A stretch of DNA of 64,000 nucleotides. Origin: Desulfatiglandales bacterium (lineage in GTDB: Bacteria > Desulfobacterota > DSM-4660 > Desulfatiglandales > Desulfatiglandaceae). Made by a program: the position numbers and the translations under genes. The stretch is taken from contig OY762721.1 of assembly GCA_963666345.1 (NCBI GenBank), positions 1,408,001-1,472,000 on the forward strand. The letters run 5' to 3'. The notes under the pieces were generated by a model, which was given only the letters and a program-made list of their open reading frames with translations, did not search any database and was not told the origin of the DNA. Of this stretch, positions 18,958 to 29,040 are shown in pieces. Numbering within the stretch: position 1 is the stretch's first letter; each line of letters starts with the position of its first letter.

Positions 18958-19080
18958 TTTCTTTAGATTTTCTCTACCTAATTGCAGGCTCATTGGCCAT
19001 GTATTTCAATTGAGGAAGACGGGGCTTGAACCTTTGGGCTAAACTGCTGTTGCGACTGGCAATGAGATAGAAGCTTCAAC

Positions 19081-20044
19081 TCAATTGGTTCTATCCGTGG
19101 CAATCTCCAGTGCCCTTTTGTTCAGGCTTGCACCCTCTCCGTACCATAAGCTACTGAGCGTGTTATCCTGGCACTCACCCCGGAAGTAGTTCAAATACTC
19201 ATTTACGGCATTGTAGGCTCCCCAGTAGGTCTTTCCTGCCATTCGGCTGCCCCGGCCATATTCAAAAAGTCTGACCACTCTGGGCACAATTTTTTCCTGT
19301 TTCTGCTGTGCCGGGGTTCTGTCCCTTTCCTTGAGACAAAAGACCAGCCGTATATATTTGACAAGTTCTGCGCTGTTTACCTGTTTGGATGCAAGACGTT
19401 TGTATCGATCCACTGTTGCAACAAATTCTTGCTGGGCAAGATCGATCGTATCCCGTATGTCTTCAAGGGTTTCAAGCACGCCTTTGATATGACTTTGCTC
19501 GGAGAAGCTTGCTTGCTTTAGACTCATGGGCAAGACAGAGGGTGTTGTTGCATACCACACGGATCGGGCGTAAATCCTACTGCGCACGGCAAGACTTCCG
19601 TCATGGGAGCTGGAAAGAAGGATATAGTGCTCCAGGATGTCTTCTTTGCCCCACGCTCATGGGATCCCGTTTGATCTTGGCAAGGACCCAGATCCTTGAG
19701 CCTCCTTTGAGGCTGCCAGCCGTCTCGATAGTCGCCTCGCCACTCTCAAGGAAAGGCTGAAACCATTTAAAAGCATCAATGTTTTGAAGGGGCTCATAGT
19801 CTCTTCCCACTATCCCGAGCACTTTATTGTCGCTGGTCCTGCAGGTAACATAACTGCCTATGATGCACAGATGTTCATTTTTCTGACCCTCGGTGAATAG
19901 ATGGCGAAGCTCCACGTCCCAGTTAAGCCCGGCAGCAACTATTGCTTCTTCAATGCTCAATTTGCTTCCTTCCGGTACTGGGACCCCTAAGCCATGCCAG
20001 GGAGTTTTTCCGACATACATCATGCTTTCCACATCATTTGCCAT
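19081..20044 (-). pseudogene. DUF932/DUF945 phage-plasmid protein, frameshifted
   Basis: MANDVESMMYVGKTPWHGLG, ETAGSLKGG and TYWGAYNAVNEY. The middle motif SSHDGSLAVRVGFTPIRVVCNNTL can only be read through several single-base indels at about 19500-19650. Confidence 0.85.
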
Positions 20045-20072
20045 GACTGCCTCCTTTCAAAAATTGAAGATC

Positions 20073-20366
20073 TTAAGATCTGGGAGAGACCTCCTTTCTT
20101 ATTTTTTCACCTGCCGCCTTTTCAGCAAGACCGAGGTCATGGTCCATTTGAAGGCCTAGCCAGTATTCAGGTTTATTATTGAAATACCTGGCGAGCCTCA
20201 GGGCCGTATCCGCGGTTATCCTTCTTTTGCAAAGGACGATCTCATTAATACGCCTAGGCGGGACATGAAGGGCGATAGCCAGCTGATTCTGGTTGAGATT
20301 AAGCGGTTTAATGAATTTTTCCAGCAAAATCTTTCCTGGGTGCACAGCTGTATTTTCCTGATTCAT
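20073..20366 (-). CDS. higA: HigA family antitoxin (Xre HTH), no cognate toxin adjacent
   Basis: HPGKILLE...RINEIVLCKRRITADTALRLARYF...YWLGLQ. Confidence 0.9.
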   Translation of the reverse strand: MNQENTAVHPGKILLEKFIKPLNLNQNQLAIALHVPPRRINEIVLCKRRITADTALRLARYFNNKPEYWLGLQMDHDLGLAEKAAGEKIRKEVSPRS

Positions 20367-20403
20367 GGATTATTCTCCTTAAAAGTCTAATATGGTCTTA
20401 TAT

Positions 20404-20422
20404 TATAACGCATAACGTTATA
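20404..20422. promoter_or_regulatory. palindromic operator upstream of higA
   Basis: TATAACG-cataa-CGTTATA, 38 bp upstream of the ATG. Confidence 0.65.
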
Positions 20423-20473
20423 CATCAAGTTATTTTTACATGCAACTACATACTTTAAAAACTCAGCAGGGCC

Positions 20474-20568
20474 AAAAATATTGAAAAAAATATACGGCCA
20501 TAAATGATAGGTGGGGGGGGGGGGGGGGGGACTCAAGTCGGCGGGTTTTCCTTTTCCCGCACTCTGTA
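20474..20568 (+). repeat. G-run motif, copy 2 of 3 (G18 tract at 20513-20530)
   Basis: TGAAAAAAATATACGG..ATAAATGATAG-G18-ACTCAAGTCGGCGGGTTTTCCTTTTCCCGCACTCTG. Confidence 0.75.
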
Positions 20569-20724
20569 CATCTATTACCTGCTACCTGACCAGCAATGGA
20601 TTGGTTTTCGTGTGCTATCACAATATTTCATTCATATTGAATATTTCAATTTCATTATAAATATTATATTGCTAACTTATTTAAATAATTTTTTATTTTA
20701 CAAGTATTAAAAGATACTTTTATT

Positions 20725-20753
20725 TTGACACATTTTCTTTTATTAACTATTAT
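20725..20753 (+). promoter_or_regulatory. sigma70-like promoter upstream of the radical SAM cluster
   Basis: TTGACA-17 bp-TATTAT, in AT-rich DNA so chance matches are possible. Confidence 0.5.
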
Positions 20754-21146
20754 ATTTAAAATAATCTTTAGCTCAATCTAAACATAGATAAGCAAATCAT
20801 CCCTTTTGATCGATACAGAATCTCAAAAGTTTCAAAATACCATCTCTATCGCTACAATTTTCGATTGTTATGCTTAATGCAAGCTATACGTAATGAGGTC
20901 TGATTTTTCTTTAATTTAAGTTGTTTAACAGCTATATTCCTGTTCCAAATTATCGATATAGTCAAGCCTTTTTTAAAGTAAAACGACTTTTTATTTTCAC
21001 GTAACAACCGATCCATGGCCTTGAAGTAGCCTTTTTGAACTTTTAAATTACAAACCTTGCAGTACCGTTGGGTCGTTTTAATCTGGGGATGCCCGAGCAG
21101 ATCCTAGATTAAGCATGGGCTTGGACAACCTCGTGAGGTTCCAGTC

Positions 21147-21755
21147 TTGATATCAGTGGCCGTAATCGTTGGGGGCAAGAATCCCGGGCACAAGAGGGAG
21201 AGCATTGTTCCCTACTTCCGAGAGTTACTGTCAACAATCCCTTCGAGCGTTGAAGAACTCCATCTCCATGACGTCAGTTGTGGAACGCTTGACAGATTCT
21301 GTGTGTTGATTGTGGCAACAAGCCTTGAGTCTGCAGGGGAGCAAGTATTGTGCTCACTTCAGGCATTCTCAGGGAAGCCCCGCAGTGTTTCTGTTTATCT
21401 GCACGAGGCATCCATCTATGATGAGAGGGCTAACCGGTTCTTTCTGGACTTTTTAGGAGTGCGATTTGGGTCCCACCAACCCTATGGGATAATGGAGGTC
21501 CGTACCTGCTCACATCACTTTACAAGGGGGGTCGCCAAAGTGTTTACTACGACTGACGAGTCCTACGCCTACCGTTCCGTTAGCGGAGACTTTCCACGGG
21601 ATTCTTTCCTTTTCAGCAGCGAAGGTATCCCACTAGGTTTTGCCACCCTTATTCCGTCGTCAGAGGGGCGTGTGGTTTACATTGCGTTAGGTCATGATAC
21701 AGCATCAATTCAGAACAATGGCTTCAGGACGATCCTTCGCAACGTAGTTACCTGA
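21147..21755 (+). CDS. ThuA-like domain protein (class I glutamine amidotransferase-like fold)
   Basis: FLGVRFGSH, HHFTRGV, TDESY, GRVVYIALGHD. Confidence 0.7.
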   Translation: MISVAVIVGGKNPGHKRESIVPYFRELLSTIPSSVEELHLHDVSCGTLDRFCVLIVATSLESAGEQVLCSLQAFSGKPRSVSVYLHEASIYDERANRFFLDFLGVRFGSHQPYGIMEVRTCSHHFTRGVAKVFTTTDESYAYRSVSGDFPRDSFLFSSEGIPLGFATLIPSSEGRVVYIALGHDTASIQNNGFRTILRNVVT

Positions 21756-22192
21756 GCCTTTGCGGTCACTGGGTGAGGCGAGGGTCCTTTCCTTTGGGGA
21801 TTCACAAAGTGACAGGTATTCTGTATCGCCAAATCCCCGTTTGACTCAGGAAGGCCAACAATGCATAGACGCTGGCGATCCTCAGCCTGCATTGATGGAT
21901 GTCGAAGGGCCAGTACCCGGGTAAGGTCTAGAGTTCAGTTGATATGGTCAGCTTATGCGAACGCCTACAGGCGTCGGGAGTACTTATGAGCCCAAACGTG
22001 CAGGAAGGCTGACCATAATCGTAGGTGCCCATGTTGCGTGTATCCCACCGTGCCCGCAGAGAAATGACTCACCATCGTCCGAGCCCTGTGTGGCCGGGGC
22101 CGTAATGCTACGCAAGTGCTTACCCGTAGCGACGTATTTTATTATATGATGCATTTCCGCGGATTTTTTTCAAAAAAATAGGGGGTAGGCAC

Positions 22193-23272
22193 ATGATGCT
22201 TGGTAGAAACCGAAAGACGGACTGCACGTTCGATAATCCGGCGCCTCCTCGGTTGCTACGGATTGAGATCATAAACCAATGCAACTACGATTGCACGTTT
22301 TGCTGTTGGCAGGGTGACCCAGCTGATTTCCCACTCTATAGACGTCCCATTCTCTTCTTTCAGATTTTTGTAAAGGCACTGGTTAGGTCTGGATGTCGGC
22401 GGGCACATTTGACAGGAGGTGAACCACTTCTTGTACCCCGCGCCAAGCTGTGCGAAATCGTGTTTGCCCTGACATCACCAAGAGTCCTAGGCCATTTTTT
22501 CATCACCACTAATGCGAGTCTCCTTGACGACCATTTATGCTATGAGCTCTACCGCGCTGGGTTGCGCGACATAGTGATTTCGATAGGTGGCCACACGAAT
22601 AGCGCGTACCGTGCTTATGCCCGACCGGCGAGTATGGATGTAGATCTCGACTTTGTGTTAGGCCGTGTAGAGCAAGCAGTGCGTTGTGGTCTGTCGGTAA
22701 GGGTGGATGTCCCGCTCTCGACCGACGGAATCCACGACTTTGAGGCACTGAAGCAACTTATTGCAAGGGTTCAAGAAATCGGTGTCCGCGATGTTACCTA
22801 TTTCAGATTGCATAAAACTAAGGAGAATAAAGATGATTATAAACGGCTTACAGATTCCGAAGTGCTTGAACGTGTCACGGCAGGTTTTATGAAAGATTCT
22901 GCGTGGAAAGTAGTTGCTGATGGAGGGCGAACGTTTTTTTGTGACGGGCATGTGAGAAATTTTTTCTACAACGGGCATGTGAAAATACCGTTTCCGTGCA
23001 GAATCGAGCCAAAAACGATCAATTGCAAAAAACGTATGAAGGCTTGCGGTGACTACTGCCAAGGAACCTATGCTGTGTACCTACTCGGCAGAGGCGGTGG
23101 TGCAGTTGTTAGGGCGTGCCACCATGAGTTCCCCAGACGAGACAACGAGTTTCCAATTGATGAATCTCTCTTTGAACGCGGAGATGTCGCCGGTGTTAGT
23201 AAGGTACTGCGACGGGCATGGCAGTGGTCGGCGGGTGAGGAATCGCTCAAGAACAGCTCGCCAACAATGTGA
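22193..23272 (+). CDS. radical SAM enzyme, MoaA-like N-terminus
   Basis: LRIEIINQCNYDCTFC (CX3CX2C), LTGGEPL, ITTNASLL; C-terminal Cys cluster (C...CGDYC...RAC). Confidence 0.88.
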   Translation: MMLGRNRKTDCTFDNPAPPRLLRIEIINQCNYDCTFCCWQGDPADFPLYRRPILFFQIFVKALVRSGCRRAHLTGGEPLLVPRAKLCEIVFALTSPRVLGHFFITTNASLLDDHLCYELYRAGLRDIVISIGGHTNSAYRAYARPASMDVDLDFVLGRVEQAVRCGLSVRVDVPLSTDGIHDFEALKQLIARVQEIGVRDVTYFRLHKTKENKDDYKRLTDSEVLERVTAGFMKDSAWKVVADGGRTFFCDGHVRNFFYNGHVKIPFPCRIEPKTINCKKRMKACGDYCQGTYAVYLLGRGGGAVVRACHHEFPRRDNEFPIDESLFERGDVAGVSKVLRRAWQWSAGEESLKNSSPTM

Positions 23273-23529
23273 GTGAGCCGTAGTGAAACATATACGCCTA
23301 ATAGTAGGACGAAACGACTACGGTTATGACCCATTAATAGTCTGTTGCAGATCAAAAATCTATTCTCGAATGCAGCTTTCGTGGTCGAGCCACTTCAGTT
23401 CCACGATGTCTGCCACGGAGAGCTTGATCTCTCCAGCGTCTTGCATGCGCACAGGGATAGGATCTTCCGACTTCAAAGTCTCGGCATCGATCAACCATCA
23501 GCTAATATCCTCTTATTGGATCTTGAGAT

Positions 23530-24996
23530 ATGGAACGACATGCGAATAAGCACTTTGTAGGCACTTCCTGTTTTGGAATACGGGGGCAGGAGGCAGTCCT
23601 GGCGGGGCCGTGCAGTAATCTATCGCAATACCCATACGACGCTCTTTGGGTCATATGCCCAGAAGATACAGTCGATCTCACTAGGCAACGTCTAAATGAT
23701 GCGCGAGGCGAACTCCTCCCTCGCACTTTGCATGTCCAAGTTGTTCCGCAACGACAGCTACTTGAAGGTTATTTTACCGGTGGGTCATTCGGATGCATCC
23801 CACAAGCGGTGTCGCAGTGCTTGTGGGAATATAAGGCCATTGCAGGAAAGCCCCGCCTTGAGGAGGCGCGTATAGCCTTGATTTGCTCAGGGGGGCAGGG
23901 AACGCGTGCGACACCTCTCAGTTGGCTGGGATGTGGCAACAAGAGCTTGATGCCGAGCATTAATGGGAAGCCGCTGCTATACCAGATTCTGAAGCAGATT
24001 ATTCAGATTGACACCGCACCAGGTGTATGGGCTTTCGGGTGCGACGTGCTCCAGAGCATAAATGGGGGACTGCAATACAACGCAAACGAGATTTCGGTGT
24101 TTGTCAACGAAGTCGGTATTGGTTATTCTGATACCGAAAATTATCTCTGTCTGTCAGTGGGTGATTCAGGGCGGCTTGTGAGGGCTACGTACCAACCTTC
24201 GCGTTCTGAGTTGAATTATTTCGGCAGGATAGCGGTGCCATTGATGGTAACGTTTTTCCCTCCTTCGTGTCTTTGGACGTTAGCCCACGCGTTCTTTGCA
24301 GAGAGTTCACCTGGCGGGCTTCCCTTGGTTCAAAGGTACACGATTGACATGGTCACATGGTTTCAGGCTTTAACTATGGGAAGGGATGCCTTTGCCGAGA
24401 AGTACACATTAACCTTTGGGATTCGAGATGCAGAGGCGATCTGGGATGCATTCCAGGCCCTTCTGCAGAGCGCAGAGATTAAATTTCCGTGTTGCTCACA
24501 AGGTGATCCAAGCGATCTGCTAGTCGATGTGGGTGATATCCGACGCTATGTGCGGACAGCTCTCGAAACGGCACGGAATCCTGCCCTAAGAGAGCTACTA
24601 GGCTTGGAGAGCATTACTGCCAAGGGAGGCACCATCGTAAAAGGATTGGGCAACTGCTTAGAGCTTGGTGATGGTGTGCGGATTAGGGGATGCCTTGTAG
24701 CAGGTGGAGACGTAAGGATCGAGCGAGGAGAGATATGCGACGGTATTGTCATAAACCATAAAGCACATGAATTGGAAATGGCGGGGCCGTGTTTAGTCGC
24801 CGGTGGCACTAGTCAGTGTCTCATCGTGCCAAAGGGTGATGTCACCGTATTCACTCCCATTGAAGGGGAGATGTTCAGAATCACAGCTAACATGGCTTTG
24901 TTGGAGGCTAGTTGCCAAGCGGTCTGTTGCAAAACTGGTAAAGAGCGCAGTTTTTCGGCTCTATGGCCTTGCCCTTCAGGGAGGTGGTTGGTGTGA
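23530..24996 (+). CDS. divergent sugar-phosphate nucleotidyltransferase-like protein
   Basis: LICSGGQGTRATPL...NKSLMP..GKPLL signature, DVG motif, C-terminal beta-helix-like region; start uncertain. Confidence 0.65.
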   Translation: MERHANKHFVGTSCFGIRGQEAVLAGPCSNLSQYPYDALWVICPEDTVDLTRQRLNDARGELLPRTLHVQVVPQRQLLEGYFTGGSFGCIPQAVSQCLWEYKAIAGKPRLEEARIALICSGGQGTRATPLSWLGCGNKSLMPSINGKPLLYQILKQIIQIDTAPGVWAFGCDVLQSINGGLQYNANEISVFVNEVGIGYSDTENYLCLSVGDSGRLVRATYQPSRSELNYFGRIAVPLMVTFFPPSCLWTLAHAFFAESSPGGLPLVQRYTIDMVTWFQALTMGRDAFAEKYTLTFGIRDAEAIWDAFQALLQSAEIKFPCCSQGDPSDLLVDVGDIRRYVRTALETARNPALRELLGLESITAKGGTIVKGLGNCLELGDGVRIRGCLVAGGDVRIERGEICDGIVINHKAHELEMAGPCLVAGGTSQCLIVPKGDVTVFTPIEGEMFRITANMALLEASCQAVCCKTGKERSFSALWPCPSGRWLV

Positions 24997-26180
24997 CTCG
25001 GTTATCTCCAAGAAACGGTGATAGATATCATGGGAACCGGCATGGCGACCATGCCGTTCTGTTGGCCAATCGGTTTGCTGCAAGGCTGTTGGCCATAGCT
25101 GACCGAGCGGCTTTTGATGCGGCTGTGGACGAATTGGTTAGAGAAATGGATGGGCTTAGTTTTGCAGAGCATGACAGAGCTGTGAACGTTCTTTGGAATG
25201 GGCTCGGACAAAGGGCATCTACATTAGAACTCCCTGTCAACTCTGACCGACCGACTGCCCTCTTCTTCTGTACGAGTCGGACTACGGATCTGGACATCAG
25301 GGTGAAGGAAGAGGTCATTACCCAGGTTGAGCCCGTCAAATGTTTCGTCGGCGGGAAGGCATGCAATGCGTTCCGCATGTACCGAAATATCGGTGGAGAG
25401 GCGGTGTTATTGACTTACCCTGATCTAGCGTTTGATGCACGTAAGGTCGTTCTCCTAGATCATGCAAAGAAAAGAGTCCTATATGCTGACCCTCTGCCAT
25501 CGACGGACAGCGACCCGTGGGACGTGTTAAACACTGTGTCGGCTTGCCTTAATCGCATGCCGAGAGGGAGCCTTATTGTTATTGGGGGCTCTTTTCATCC
25601 TGCCCTTGCAGCTGAACACCTTGATTACTTCTTTGATTCTGCTCGTTCTGATGAGTTCGGACTCGTTGTTGATTGCAGCGCCAAATTGACCGAGGTACAG
25701 GTTATCAAAATACTCGAAGCTAAACCACTTGTCCTCCAGAGCAACGAAGCCGAGTTCAGAATGCTGTGTCGGTATGTAAACATAGACGGGATGAGAGAGC
25801 GCCAGAGCTTGAATCATTTCCCGGACATATCACAGGTGGTACGTATAGCGCAGGAACTGATCAAAAGCTTTGGCCTTTCGGCGATTGCTGTTACCCTGCG
25901 TCAGAGAGGCGCTGTATTGTGTACAAGGAACGAGATCCACTACGGCCATAGTCGTTGGCCTATTGCCTCTGTCGCTGGAGGACTTGGATCTGGCGATTCA
26001 TTCTGTGGGGCCATGGCTTACGCTCTCTCACAAGAGCCCGCAGTGAACAGGGAGATCAATTGGCGTCGAGTTCTAAATTTCTCTCTTGCTGCTGCGACGG
26101 CCAAGGTAAAGCTGTTGGGGACCCAGATGCCATCACGCGATTTAGTGTTGCAAGAAGAGGTAATCATGTGCAGCCAATAG
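24963..26180 (+). CDS. PfkB family carbohydrate kinase (divergent)
   Basis: GGKACNA, VVDCS, SNEAE, VTLRQRGA, GSGDSFCG; true start may be the GTG near 24993. Confidence 0.75.
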   Translation: MALPFREVVGVTRLSPRNGDRYHGNRHGDHAVLLANRFAARLLAIADRAAFDAAVDELVREMDGLSFAEHDRAVNVLWNGLGQRASTLELPVNSDRPTALFFCTSRTTDLDIRVKEEVITQVEPVKCFVGGKACNAFRMYRNIGGEAVLLTYPDLAFDARKVVLLDHAKKRVLYADPLPSTDSDPWDVLNTVSACLNRMPRGSLIVIGGSFHPALAAEHLDYFFDSARSDEFGLVVDCSAKLTEVQVIKILEAKPLVLQSNEAEFRMLCRYVNIDGMRERQSLNHFPDISQVVRIAQELIKSFGLSAIAVTLRQRGAVLCTRNEIHYGHSRWPIASVAGGLGSGDSFCGAMAYALSQEPAVNREINWRRVLNFSLAAATAKVKLLGTQMPSRDLVLQEEVIMCSQ

Positions 26181-26296
26181 CCCCGACTATCATGCACTAT
26201 CGAGAGAGCGCGCCCACACCGGGATCTCTCTGGACAGACTGCTAACAGGAAAACTATAAGTGAATTGGATATGCAAAAGACCGGTGGACCATTACA

Positions 26297-27499
26297 TTGA
26301 CGAAGGAAACGGCTGTGGCATCCAACGCGAACATCGGCTTGAGAATTGGCGGTACAAACTTGCAGGTAGCCGTACTATATGGCGATGAAGTACTTCGGGT
26401 GGTTTCCGATGAGATCAGGTTTCGCGATGTCTGCGAAGCCCGAGCTGGAGGAAGCTATGTCCGGAGTGATATGTATGAGTTGGTGGCAAATCAGGTGCTT
26501 GATTGTATTACCCGGATAGGTCTGAGTGTGCCCCAGTTTATAAAGGACAACGGGGGATTTCGGATACTTGTGTCCTTTGCAGGGCCAATGTCCCTAGATG
26601 GACATCTAGTTTTCCGGCCGAAAAGCATTCCTTGTATGCATACATGGTTCCCTCTAGCCGAGGAGCTTTCGGAGCATCTTTGCTGTGCATTAAACTGCAG
26701 CCGTGAGACTGCTAGTGTACAGACTTGGATGGACGGAACGACATCGGTCTTCGCGGAGACCTCACCTAATGGAACCTGTCCTGGAGAAAGGGATGCGATG
26801 GTAGTGATATCGGGCACCGGTGTGGGGGCTGGTTTTATGAAGGACGGGAAGAGCTTCGTCGGTCAGGGAATCAACGGAATGCTTGGAGAAATTGGCTACT
26901 TCCTGATGACGACAAGTAATGGCCAGTATAAGTATATGGCCTATGAGACACATGGCGACATCGGGAGGTTCATTTCTGGCAAACCCCTTAATGTATTCAG
27001 ACACAGATTCTGTGTTGAAGGAGTTCTCAAGTCATTCATCGAGTATACGGAACGACGGGGCGATGGACGGCCGATTGCGGGGCTCAAGGGCTGGGCATGC
27101 CGTGGGCGGATGTCGCATGCCACCCTAGTCCGTTTGTCGCAAGAACTCATCGACCGGATCGCTAATGGCGACAGAATCGCTCTGAGTTTCCTAGATGACT
27201 TAGCGGACGGATTCTGCAGCGGAATCGCTTCATTCGTTGTTCATCCAAGACACATTGGAGAAAAATTCACACGGAACATCGTCCTGGTCGGCAGTCTGAG
27301 CTGTTTTTTGGGGGTATTCTCCTCGCCTCTTGAAAGTAGAATGAGGGAAGCGCTTTACAGAAAGTTGTGCGAGGCGTGCGTTTCGCGACGAATTGCTTCT
27401 GAAATTTGCGAGGGATTCCGGTTCTCAAAGATGAGCTCTACCACTCGGGAGTTCATCGGTTTGGCGAGGCTCGGGAGGATGAAATGCACAGCCGTGTAG
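26297..27499 (+). CDS. ROK family sugar kinase-like protein (divergent)
   Basis: GLRIGGTN, VSFAGP, GTGVGAG, GEIGY. Confidence 0.75.
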   Translation: MTKETAVASNANIGLRIGGTNLQVAVLYGDEVLRVVSDEIRFRDVCEARAGGSYVRSDMYELVANQVLDCITRIGLSVPQFIKDNGGFRILVSFAGPMSLDGHLVFRPKSIPCMHTWFPLAEELSEHLCCALNCSRETASVQTWMDGTTSVFAETSPNGTCPGERDAMVVISGTGVGAGFMKDGKSFVGQGINGMLGEIGYFLMTTSNGQYKYMAYETHGDIGRFISGKPLNVFRHRFCVEGVLKSFIEYTERRGDGRPIAGLKGWACRGRMSHATLVRLSQELIDRIANGDRIALSFLDDLADGFCSGIASFVVHPRHIGEKFTRNIVLVGSLSCFLGVFSSPLESRMREALYRKLCEACVSRRIASEICEGFRFSKMSSTTREFIGLARLGRMKCTAV

Positions 27500-27642
27500 C
27501 TCAGGGCACATGCAGAGTGGTTCCCAGGTGTCCGGGAGTCAGGTTGAATGAAGCTCGCTAGGGACGCAGTTTTGGCCCATGGCATCTTGCAACAGAATTT
27601 TATCCATGAGGTGATTCCATTAAGTAGGGGGTCCTTAAAGAT

Positions 27643-29040
27643 ATGGATATTCAACTCGTACTTCCAAAACATGATGCTGGCGAAGGTGTGACAACGCAGG
27701 CATGTTTCCCTCCTCTGGGGATTCTGTCCATCGCCTCCCACTTGCGTGCCCTTTATCCGACGTTTGACATTGAGGTGATTGATTGTGAGCTTGTGAATGG
27801 GGATATAGAAAATCTTATCGGGGCAGACATTGTGGGTATTCACAGCTCCTTTCTGACCCACGAGCATGCAATCGATATCGCTAAACATGCCAAGCAACGC
27901 GGGGCCACCGTTGTGTTAGGTGGACCACACCCTTCGGCCGTCCCTAACGCTATTCTCCGCAATAGGCGTTTTGTAGATGCTATAGTTGTTGGTGATGGGG
28001 AGTTGGCTTTCGCCGATCTAGCGGCCGGAGTTGACTATCTAAAAATTCCGAATCTCGTCTTCAGAGAAGGAGAGAATATTGTCCAAAATCCGGTGCTCGA
28101 ACTTTCTGTTGACGAGTGGGTACCAATTGACTTTTCTTTTGTGGATCTTACCGCATATTGGCGGAACTGGGAGCAGAATTTTCCCGAGCAGATCTACTTT
28201 AAGCCACTTCCTTTTTTCTCCCAGCGAGGCTGTCGATGGCGTTCTTCAGTAGGAGCTTGTGTGTTTTGCTCTATCTATGATGTTACTGTGAGAGGCGTGA
28301 CTCCCAGTTCGTTTTGGGCGGAAGTCCAAAGGCTAAACACGGAATGGGGGAGTGATTATGCCCGGGACAACTCCGACGATCGAGCTGCTGACCGCAAATG
28401 GTTATCGGAAGCATGCTCTATGCGTCCTAGAGGCCTAGATGTCGGACTCCGGTTTTATTGTCGTGCGAGTTCGATAGACGCAGAGACGACCCAGATGCTT
28501 CGTGAGATGAACACCGTTGACGTCTTCGTGGGTTTCGAGTCGGGGGATACTCGCATACTCAGACAAGCAAACAAGGGGGGATCAAGGGAGGGTAACATTC
28601 GGGCGGCCAATTTGCTCCACGAAAACGGGATAAACGTTCTGGGCAGCTTCATCCTCGGTTTGCCGGGAGAAGACGATCAAAGCATACAAGCCACGGTTGA
28701 CCTAATCAGTGAAGTCAGGGCTCGGGCAGGCGTCAGGAGACCTAGTTGCACTATCATGATTCCCTTCCCAGGCTCACCAGCATTCGGGATGATGCTGACT
28801 CAACCCGATCTGAGAGAGAAGTACCAGAACAGAGATCTGATCAACTGTGAGGATCTCCGGCGAGACTGGGTGTGCAGGTTCACTCAGACTGACTATGAAG
28901 TGCTACTCAGCGTGGCTGACGATCTTTTCTGCTCGGGCATGGTAGGCTCAAGAATTGGGTTTGGCCCAGGCGTCAACAGAACAGAACCCGAGGACATAGA
29001 GGCTAATCCTTCCGGTTTAGGACCGGACGCTGATGGTTAA
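27643..29040 (+). CDS. B12-binding domain radical SAM enzyme (class B methyltransferase-like)
   Basis: PPLGILSIAS, VVLGGPHPS, GDGE, RGC-X8-CVFC, GFESG, FILGLPGE. Confidence 0.9.
   Translation: MDIQLVLPKHDAGEGVTTQACFPPLGILSIASHLRALYPTFDIEVIDCELVNGDIENLIGADIVGIHSSFLTHEHAIDIAKHAKQRGATVVLGGPHPSAVPNAILRNRRFVDAIVVGDGELAFADLAAGVDYLKIPNLVFREGENIVQNPVLELSVDEWVPIDFSFVDLTAYWRNWEQNFPEQIYFKPLPFFSQRGCRWRSSVGACVFCSIYDVTVRGVTPSSFWAEVQRLNTEWGSDYARDNSDDRAADRKWLSEACSMRPRGLDVGLRFYCRASSIDAETTQMLREMNTVDVFVGFESGDTRILRQANKGGSREGNIRAANLLHENGINVLGSFILGLPGEDDQSIQATVDLISEVRARAGVRRPSCTIMIPFPGSPAFGMMLTQPDLREKYQNRDLINCEDLRRDWVCRFTQTDYEVLLSVADDLFCSGMVGSRIGFGPGVNRTEPEDIEANPSGLGPDADG

Noticed and set aside
22193..23272. moaA or viperin assignment
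   Set aside because: No C-terminal GG or canonical MoaA cluster motif, no moa genes nearby, and no viperin-type N(Y/F)H motif before the Cys triad
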